From NCBI GenBank assembly GCA_039924845.1, contig JBDTAC010000054.1, positions 41,308 through 105,307 on the forward strand: DNA of 64,000 nucleotides, written 5' to 3'. The notes beneath the pieces were generated by a model. That model saw nothing but the letters and a program-made list of their open reading frames with translations, was not told the origin of the DNA and ran no database searches. Below, one piece after another: positions 57,729 through 64,000 of this stretch. The DNA is from Bacteroidia bacterium (lineage in GTDB: Bacteria; Bacteroidota; Bacteroidia; DATLTG01). The position numbers were made by a program, and so were the translations under genes. The number at the start of each line of letters is the position of its first letter. Positions within the stretch are counted from its first letter, which is position 1.

Positions 57729-60188
57729 ATGAAAAAATTATACGCTACGATCGGATTGTTGTTTTTTGTTTGCCTAATAACGGACGCAACTAATTATACA
57801 AGCAACGGAGGAGATTGGAATACAGCTACTACTTGGACTCCAAATGGTATTCCTGCCAATACGGATAATGTTACCATACTTTCTGGAAATGTAACCTTAG
57901 TGGCTAATGGCAAGGCTCTGAATGTAACTATAAACAGTGGTGCCACGCTAAGTAATAATAACCCTGGTAACGCAGCTAATTCTCTAAATATTTTTGGAGT
58001 TTTTACAAACAATGGGACTTACGCAGGTACAGGGAAAACTGGGCATAAAGGTACTGGGATTATAATAGTTGGGGCTGGGGCGAATACGAACTCTGGAGAT
58101 GTTTGGTTTAATGGCACTTCCCAAACAATTACAGGAACCGTGAATAAAGTAAATGGTGGAAATTTTTGGCTAAACGTTACTACGTATCCTTCCTGTTCAG
58201 TTACAAACCAAGGCCACGTTTCTACTCACAATGGATCCATTAAAGTAGATGGAACAACAGGCCCAGCAGTATGGACAAATGCTGCAGGTTCTTATGTGGG
58301 GTTTCAATTAATAGGATTTACAAACCAAGGCAACTTTACGATAAACACATCTGCTGTTAATGATACTGTGGATTATGAAAATAGTAATTACAATATTTCC
58401 ACCACTAATGGGAATACTTATTATACTTTAATTATCGGAGGGGCAGCAAAAACAGCTTCATCCAACTTAACAATCACTAATTTGAATATAAAATCAGCAG
58501 GTACACTAAATGTTAATGGTAAAAATTTAAATATTGCAGGTAATTGGCTTAACAATGGTACCATCACAAACAATACTGGTACGGTAACTTTTAACGGAAC
58601 TTCTGCGCAAACAATAAGCGGAACAGGAAGCAATCCTTTTAACAATCTGACATTGTCAAACAGTGCTGGATTAACTTTGGCAAGCACCTCTACCTTAACT
58701 GGTACACTTGGTATTACCGCAGGTAATTTTAATGCAGGAAGTTCTTTATTGACATTGATTTCGAATGCTACTGCAACTGCACGTATAGGTACAGTCCCAT
58801 CGGGCAGTTCCCTGTTAGGAAATTATATTATACAGCGTTACATAACTGGAACTAAAACCGACTATCAATGTTTAAGTACTCCCATTAAAAATATGACTTT
58901 AAGTGTTTGGGACAATGATCCAGGCTTTTACATGAGTGGGATTGGAGGAGTACACGGAAATGCTGGAAGTTACCATTCTGTTTATACCATTAATGAACCA
59001 ACAAATGCTTACGTAGCTGTAACAACAACCAGTTACGTTTTATCTCCAGCTTTGGGCTTGTATTTATATTTTGGAAATGGAAGTCCTGGCGGACCTATGG
59101 CATCTTTTGCTTTTGCTTCAAAAGGATTGCCTAATTTTGGCAATATCACGAAAAATATTACATATACAAGTGGGCAAGGAAATGGATTTAATCTTATCGG
59201 AAATCCATATCCATCTCCTATTTTATGGACTAATTTTCATAGCGACAATAGCAGTCTTATCACAGGAAGTTTTCAAATTTATGACGAAGCAACTGGAACA
59301 TGGGTGTCGTCAAATGGTACAACTGTAAGTAATGGAAGCAGTAAGTTAGCCGCAAATCCTAATGTTATTACTATGTGCCAGGGCTTTGAATGCACTCCTT
59401 CTGGAGGTTCCACAACCGTAACTTTTAAAGAAACTGAAAAAACAGCTACAGATATTCCTATCGTAGCTCAACAAGCTCCCAATCCATCAGACTGGATTAG
59501 AATGCAATTGAGCAACAATGTAAATTCTTTTTCTGACGGAACAGTATTACAGTTTACGCAAAACGCATCTGCAAACTTTAATGTAAATGAAGACGTATTG
59601 TTCAGATCCAGTTTTGAATCAACAGCTCCTGAATTATATACACTGAGCAGCGATAATCAACATCTTACCGTAAACCAAATGCCCGACCTAAGTGATGAAA
59701 TGACTATTCCATTAATTGCTAAAGGAGGCTTGGCTGCTACCTATACCATTTCTTTCGAAGGTATTAATAATTTGCAGAAATACGATTGTGTTACCTTAGA
59801 AGATCTTACTAACAATAAAACAATTTCTCTTGGAAATACAAATTCTTACTCTTTTCAAGTAAGTGATACATCTAAAATCAATCAATTCCTCATCCATTTT
59901 AAACATTCGGCAGGTAATTGCGCCTTGTCTATTGCAAACAATCCGTATTTGGAAAACAACGTGAATGTAACTTCTTCGGCAAATGGAGTATTTACTAATT
60001 TCAATTTCGCTCAACCTCAAACTGCCGTAATTTCTGTTTACAATGTACTTGGACAAAAAGTGATTTCTGACGAAACGGTAGAAGTATCTCAAAACAATGT
60101 GAGATTAAATATTGTTCCGAGCAATAATATTTACCTTGTGGTTATTCATACTAATAACCAAGTCATCACAAAGAAAATTTATTACTAA
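57729..60188 (+). CDS. Large secreted adhesin-like protein with T9SS C-terminal sorting domain
   Basis: Signal peptide and a T/N/G-rich beta-helix-like body. C-terminus ISVYNVLGQKVISDETVEVSQNNVRLNIVPSNNIYLVVIHTNNQVITKKIYY. Confidence 0.75.
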   Translation: MKKLYATIGLLFFVCLITDATNYTSNGGDWNTATTWTPNGIPANTDNVTILSGNVTLVANGKALNVTINSGATLSNNNPGNAANSLNIFGVFTNNGTYAGTGKTGHKGTGIIIVGAGANTNSGDVWFNGTSQTITGTVNKVNGGNFWLNVTTYPSCSVTNQGHVSTHNGSIKVDGTTGPAVWTNAAGSYVGFQLIGFTNQGNFTINTSAVNDTVDYENSNYNISTTNGNTYYTLIIGGAAKTASSNLTITNLNIKSAGTLNVNGKNLNIAGNWLNNGTITNNTGTVTFNGTSAQTISGTGSNPFNNLTLSNSAGLTLASTSTLTGTLGITAGNFNAGSSLLTLISNATATARIGTVPSGSSLLGNYIIQRYITGTKTDYQCLSTPIKNMTLSVWDNDPGFYMSGIGGVHGNAGSYHSVYTINEPTNAYVAVTTTSYVLSPALGLYLYFGNGSPGGPMASFAFASKGLPNFGNITKNITYTSGQGNGFNLIGNPYPSPILWTNFHSDNSSLITGSFQIYDEATGTWVSSNGTTVSNGSSKLAANPNVITMCQGFECTPSGGSTTVTFKETEKTATDIPIVAQQAPNPSDWIRMQLSNNVNSFSDGTVLQFTQNASANFNVNEDVLFRSSFESTAPELYTLSSDNQHLTVNQMPDLSDEMTIPLIAKGGLAATYTISFEGINNLQKYDCVTLEDLTNNKTISLGNTNSYSFQVSDTSKINQFLIHFKHSAGNCALSIANNPYLENNVNVTSSANGVFTNFNFAQPQTAVISVYNVLGQKVISDETVEVSQNNVRLNIVPSNNIYLVVIHTNNQVITKKIYY

Positions 60189-60228
60189 GAAGATAATTTG
60201 TATATTTTTGCGAAAACAAAATAATCGT

Positions 60229-60462
60229 ATGAAAAAAAATTGTAGAGCATTTATTTTATTTTTCCTATTCACATTAAGTCCGTTTTTTATAGACGTCGTT
60301 TTTTCACAACCTCCTCCTCCGGGTGGACCAGGAAACCCTCCATGTTGGCCTCCCCCATGCAGTGTGCCTTTAAATGGAGGAATTGTTTTGTTGATAGCAC
60401 TTGGTGTTATTTACGGTGGAAAAAAAATTTATGACAACTCTAAAAAGACATCTGAATTATAA
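60229..60462 (+). CDS. 77-aa secreted Pro/Cys-rich miniprotein with a sorting-signal-like C-terminus (candidate XrtF-associated substrate)
   Basis: MKKNCRAFILFFLFTLSPFFIDVVFSQ (signal peptide) / PPPPGGPGNPPCWPPPCS / VPLNGG / IVLLIALGVIYG (TM) / GKK.... A TAnnTTTG-like box, tatttttg, lies at 60203-60210. The track ORF was trimmed to the ATG at 60229. Confidence 0.5.
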   Translation: MKKNCRAFILFFLFTLSPFFIDVVFSQPPPPGGPGNPPCWPPPCSVPLNGGIVLLIALGVIYGGKKIYDNSKKTSEL

Positions 60463-60480
60463 TTCAGATGTCTTTTCATT
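60441..60480 (+). terminator. Hairpin terminator/attenuator overlapping the miniprotein stop codon
   Basis: Perfect inverted repeat aagacatctgaatta / taattcagatgtctt followed by ttcatttt, located 5 bp upstream of xrtF. Confidence 0.55.
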
Positions 60481-60484
60481 TTAA

Positions 60485-60997
60485 ATGAATACTTCTTTTC
60501 TTAAAAATCCTGTCGTTTTATTTTTACTGAAAGCGTTCGCACTATACATTTTGTGGTATGTGCTGTATGATTTTTGGTTACATCCAAAAGAAACCTGCGA
60601 TTTATTTGTCATTGACAAAACATTGGCGATGAGTAAAAAAATACTCGAATTAATGCACTACAAACTTTTTACAGGCGCAGATCGGCTCATCGGAATCGAT
60701 GGTACCAACGGACTTTGGATGGGCGATAATTGCAACGGCATCGAATTATTCGCACTTTTTTCCGGATTTATAATTGCATATCCTGGAGCATGGTTCAAAA
60801 AAATAATTTTTATACCACTCGGAATTTTATCCATTCAAATTCTCAATTCCCTACGTGTTGTGGCTTTGGCGATGATTGAAATTAAATCTATTAAATTAAC
60901 AGAATTCAATCACAGCTACACTTTTACGATTTTAATGTACGGTTACATCTTTTTTTTATGGATGCTTTGGGCAAATAAATTCTCGAAACAAAAATAA
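60485..60997 (+). CDS. xrtF: Exosortase family protein XrtF
   Basis: 170-aa polytopic protein with the exosortase active-site-type motifs DNCNGIELF (Cys) and LNSLRVVAL (NxxRV). The size matches the short XrtF class. Confidence 0.7.
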   Translation: MNTSFLKNPVVLFLLKAFALYILWYVLYDFWLHPKETCDLFVIDKTLAMSKKILELMHYKLFTGADRLIGIDGTNGLWMGDNCNGIELFALFSGFIIAYPGAWFKKIIFIPLGILSIQILNSLRVVALAMIEIKSIKLTEFNHSYTFTILMYGYIFFLWMLWANKFSKQK

Positions 60998-61001
60998 TTT
61001 C

Positions 61002-61478
61002 ATGAAAAAATTATCGCTTCGAAAAATTATTTTTTTGACAGTCATTATTGCACTTATTCTTTTTTTCGGTTATCTCCGCGACTTTATTTTTATTCACACC
61101 AACCGCGAAATCGGGATTCAATATTATAAAATGGCAAATGATGATTTACCAACGTCATTAAGGTGGATGAAGAATTTTAATTATCTTCAATTAATTAAAT
61201 TTAAGTGGCTATTTACATTTCTTTTTTCGGGTATTTTTTTATTGATTACGTTGCTCGTTACAAAACTATTATTCGATAAAAAAAACTTTTTGAAAATCAG
61301 TTTGTACGCTTACATCGCAGTATTTTCGATCGCTTTGGTATTTACCGGATGTGGATATTTAATTCCAATTTTCCGTGAAAATGGCTATGAATTATCGCGC
61401 TATTTTATGCACATCGCACAATCTCCTTTGATAATGATGGTGCTGATTCCCGCTTTTAAATTAAGTGAAAAGAAATAG
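61002..61478 (+). CDS. Exosortase F system-associated membrane protein
   Basis: 158 aa, 4 TM, immediately downstream of xrtF (4-bp gap), the arrangement described for XrtF loci. Confidence 0.55.
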   Translation: MKKLSLRKIIFLTVIIALILFFGYLRDFIFIHTNREIGIQYYKMANDDLPTSLRWMKNFNYLQLIKFKWLFTFLFSGIFLLITLLVTKLLFDKKNFLKISLYAYIAVFSIALVFTGCGYLIPIFRENGYELSRYFMHIAQSPLIMMVLIPAFKLSEKK

Positions 61479-61592
61479 TGTAATTTTTAGTTTCACACAA
61501 GCGGTTGAAAAATTATTTTTTCAATCCACTTATTCGAACTTGTTTTTAGAATATTCTTTTTACATTTGTGCCGCGAAAAATTATTTTTTACG

Positions 61593-62564
61593 ATGGCAAA
61601 AGTTACGATTGACGGAGTAGAGATAGAAGTGCCCGATGGAACAACCATCCTGAATGCTGCCCGAATGATTGGGGGAGCAATCGTACCGCCTGCCATGTGT
61701 TATTATTCCAAATTAAAATCAACAGGAGGTTATTGCCGCACGTGTTTAGTAAAAGTGGCACAAGGTTCAACAAAAGATCCGCGTCCGATGCCAAAATTAA
61801 TGGTTTCTTGTTCCACGCAAGTGCAAGACGGAATGGTGGTGCAAAACCTTACTTCACCAGATGTATTAGAAGCCAGAAAAGGTGTTGTTGAATTTTTATT
61901 GATTAATCATCCCTTGGATTGCCCTATTTGCGACCAAGCTGGAGAATGCGATTTGCAAGATTTAAGTTACGCACACGGTTTGGCAACCACTCGTTATCAA
62001 TTTAGAAGAAGAACTTTCGAAAAAATAGATATTGGAGAAAAAATAAAATTACACATGACACGCTGTATCCTTTGTTATCGTTGCGTTCGCGTAGCGGAAC
62101 AATTAACAGATAAACGCGTTCATGGAGTAATGTTCAGAGGCGATGTGTCGGAAATTTCGACCTACATAAAAAATGTTGTTGAAAATGATTTTTCGGGAAA
62201 CATGATTGATGTTTGTCCTGTTGGCGCGCTTACCGACAGAACATTCCGTTTCAAAAGTCGCGTTTGGTTTACCAAACCGATGGATGCACACAGAGATTGT
62301 AAGAAATGTTGCGGAAAAGTAGCTTTGTGGGAAAAAGGCGAGGAAGTTTTGCGCGTTACTGGACGAAAAGATAAAAATGGAGAAGTGGAAGAGTTTATTT
62401 GTAACGAATGTCGTTTTGATAAAAAACACATTAATGATTGGGTAATTGAAGGACCTCGTCATATTGATCGTCATTCCGTAATTGCTCAAAATCATTATGA
62501 AGTATTGCAAAGTTTGCGTATGGATGTGGGAAAACAACAGAAAAAATTAGCCGAGAAAAAATAA
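61593..62564 (+). CDS. nuoG: NADH-quinone oxidoreductase subunit G, short form (Fe-S N-terminal domains only)
   Basis: 2Fe-2S pattern C..C..C...C (CYYSK...CRTCLV...MVSC), HPLDCPICDQAGECDLQ (4Fe-4S) and CILCYRCVRV...CPVGALT. Start trimmed to MAKVTIDG. Confidence 0.85.
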   Translation: MAKVTIDGVEIEVPDGTTILNAARMIGGAIVPPAMCYYSKLKSTGGYCRTCLVKVAQGSTKDPRPMPKLMVSCSTQVQDGMVVQNLTSPDVLEARKGVVEFLLINHPLDCPICDQAGECDLQDLSYAHGLATTRYQFRRRTFEKIDIGEKIKLHMTRCILCYRCVRVAEQLTDKRVHGVMFRGDVSEISTYIKNVVENDFSGNMIDVCPVGALTDRTFRFKSRVWFTKPMDAHRDCKKCCGKVALWEKGEEVLRVTGRKDKNGEVEEFICNECRFDKKHINDWVIEGPRHIDRHSVIAQNHYEVLQSLRMDVGKQQKKLAEKK

Positions 62565-62570
62565 TTTTTC

Positions 62571-63617
62571 ATGACCGTATCTTATCTCATTTATAAATTA
62601 ATTTTAGTACTGATTGTTTTTGTTATTTCTTTATTTGTGGCAATGTATTCCACTTATGCCGAAAGGAAAGTAGCCGCATTTATGCAAGATCGTTTGGGAC
62701 CCAATCGCGCAGGACCTTTCGGAATTTTACAACCTTTAGCTGACGGAATAAAAATGTTCATGAAGGAAGAAATCATTCCGAACGTTTCGAATAAATTTTT
62801 ATTTATTCTCGGACCAAGTTTATCCATGCTCACGGCTTGTATGACGAGTGTTGTAATTCCTTGGGGAACACAACTTACTATTAACGGAAAACCGTATCCA
62901 CTGCAAATTACCGATGTAAACATTGGTATTTTATATCTTTTCGGAGTAGTTTCTATCGGGGTCTACGGCATTATGATTGGCGGTTGGGCATCTAACAATA
63001 AATATTCTCTGTTGGGTGCGCTTCGGGCTTCTTCACAAATGATTAGTTACGAAGTTGCGATGGGCTTGGCAATCATTGCTTTGGTAATGATGACAGGAAC
63101 GCTCAGTTTGAAAGAAATTGCCGCGCAACAAAATGGTTGGCGCTGGAATGTGTTTTATCAACCACTTGGATTTTTAATTTTTCTTATCTGCGCTTTCGCG
63201 GAAACAAATCGCGCACCTTTTGATTTGCCTGAATGTGAAACCGAGTTGGTAGGCGGTTATCATACCGAATACAGTAGCATGAAATTGGGATTTTATTTGT
63301 TTGCGGAATACATCAATATGTTTATTTCTTCTGCTATTATTTCTACTTTTTATTTTGGCGGATACAACATGCCCTGCCTCGGACGATTTGTACACGACCC
63401 CAATATGCTCGCAACTTTAGGCGTTGTATTTATGTTCGCGAAAATATTTTTCTTCATCTTCTTTTTTATGTGGATACGCTGGACATTGCCGCGCTTCCGT
63501 TACGACCAATTGATGAATTTAGGATGGAAAATATTAATACCTTTGTCGCTCATAAACATTGTGCTGACAGGCGTTTTTATACTGAGACAAGATATTATTC
63601 ATTACTTTATTAAATAA
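62571..63617 (+). CDS. nuoH: NADH-quinone oxidoreductase subunit H
   Basis: FMQDRLGPNRAGPFGILQPLADGIKM and GWASNNKYSLLGALRASSQMISYE, strongly conserved NuoH motifs. Confidence 0.9.
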   Translation: MTVSYLIYKLILVLIVFVISLFVAMYSTYAERKVAAFMQDRLGPNRAGPFGILQPLADGIKMFMKEEIIPNVSNKFLFILGPSLSMLTACMTSVVIPWGTQLTINGKPYPLQITDVNIGILYLFGVVSIGVYGIMIGGWASNNKYSLLGALRASSQMISYEVAMGLAIIALVMMTGTLSLKEIAAQQNGWRWNVFYQPLGFLIFLICAFAETNRAPFDLPECETELVGGYHTEYSSMKLGFYLFAEYINMFISSAIISTFYFGGYNMPCLGRFVHDPNMLATLGVVFMFAKIFFFIFFFMWIRWTLPRFRYDQLMNLGWKILIPLSLINIVLTGVFILRQDIIHYFIK

Positions 63618-63621
63618 AAAA

Positions 63622-64000
63622 ATGCTTACCAATAGATCTAAAATAGTAGCAAAAAAAGAATTGAGCTTAGCAGAAAAGCTCTATTTTCCTGCTATTTTGG
63701 CTGGTATGGCAATTACGTTAAAACATTTTTTCACTAAAAAAGTAACGATTAATTATCCTGAACAAAAAAGAGAACACAGTAAAGTATATCGTGGACAACA
63801 CGTTTTAAAGAGAGATGAAATTGGTGCGGAAAGATGTACTGCCTGCGGACTTTGCGCCCTTGCTTGTCCGGCAGAAGCCATTACAATGACAGCTTCTGAA
63901 CGAAAACCTGGAGAAGAAAAATTATACCGCGAAGAAAAGTATGCGTCTGTTTATGAAATAAATATGTTGCGCTGTATTTTTTGTGGTGATTGCGAAGAAG
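63622..64000 (+). CDS. nuoI: NADH-quinone oxidoreductase subunit I (5-prime part; truncated by the window end)
   Basis: The ATG at 63622 opens MLTNRSKIVAKKELSLAEKLYFPAI...ERCTACGLCALACPAEAI...CIFCGDCEE, two 4Fe-4S ferredoxin motifs. The ORF is open to the window end. Confidence 0.8.
   Translation, partial: MLTNRSKIVAKKELSLAEKLYFPAILAGMAITLKHFFTKKVTINYPEQKREHSKVYRGQHVLKRDEIGAERCTACGLCALACPAEAITMTASERKPGEEKLYREEKYASVYEINMLRCIFCGDCEE

Noticed and set aside
60112-60462. 116-aa version of the miniprotein ORF starting inside the upstream adhesin gene
   Set aside because: The upstream extension overlaps the 3-prime end of the T9SS gene in another frame. The ATG at 60229 gives a clean MKK signal peptide preceded by a -7-like box.

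Overview
AT-rich (about one third GC by eye) chromosomal segment with a clear Bacteroidota signature: type-9 secretion (T9SS) C-terminal sorting domains, SprB-type repeats, an M13 peptidase lipoprotein and a short-form NuoG. Gene content in order:
- a housekeeping block: partial PBP4, pterin dehydratase, YkgJ-like protein, rarA, rpmE, ftsX, truB, queA, ispD;
- a marR / RND-efflux / tolC operon followed by an orphan OmpR-type response regulator;
- an OmpA-family protein, a large AddB-like PD-(D/E)XK nuclease, and M13 and M1-like peptidases;
- four T9SS cargo genes, one with five SprB repeats and one frameshifted at a G9 homopolymer (phase-variation candidate), with a 21-bp x ~11 tandem repeat array upstream of the frameshifted gene;
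- a ~14-kb minus-strand ABC-transporter-dependent polysaccharide locus (galE, six glycosyltransferases including a GT11 fucosyltransferase, four methyltransferases, wzm/wzt with a C-terminal glycan-binding extension, a sulfotransferase and an unassignable 396-aa protein);
- rdgB, a tandem-fused double D-Ala-D-Ala ligase, a PASTA protein, and a second Wzm-like permease with a Wzc BY-kinase;
- an exosortase F (xrtF) pair preceded by a 77-aa Pro/Cys-rich miniprotein whose C-terminus looks like a sorting signal, which I consider the most interesting candidate system;
- the start of a nuoG-H-I cluster.
No rRNA, tRNA, CRISPR or transposase genes were recognised. Coordinates follow the supplied ORF track, trimmed to internal ATG starts where the track extended through TTG or upstream codons.
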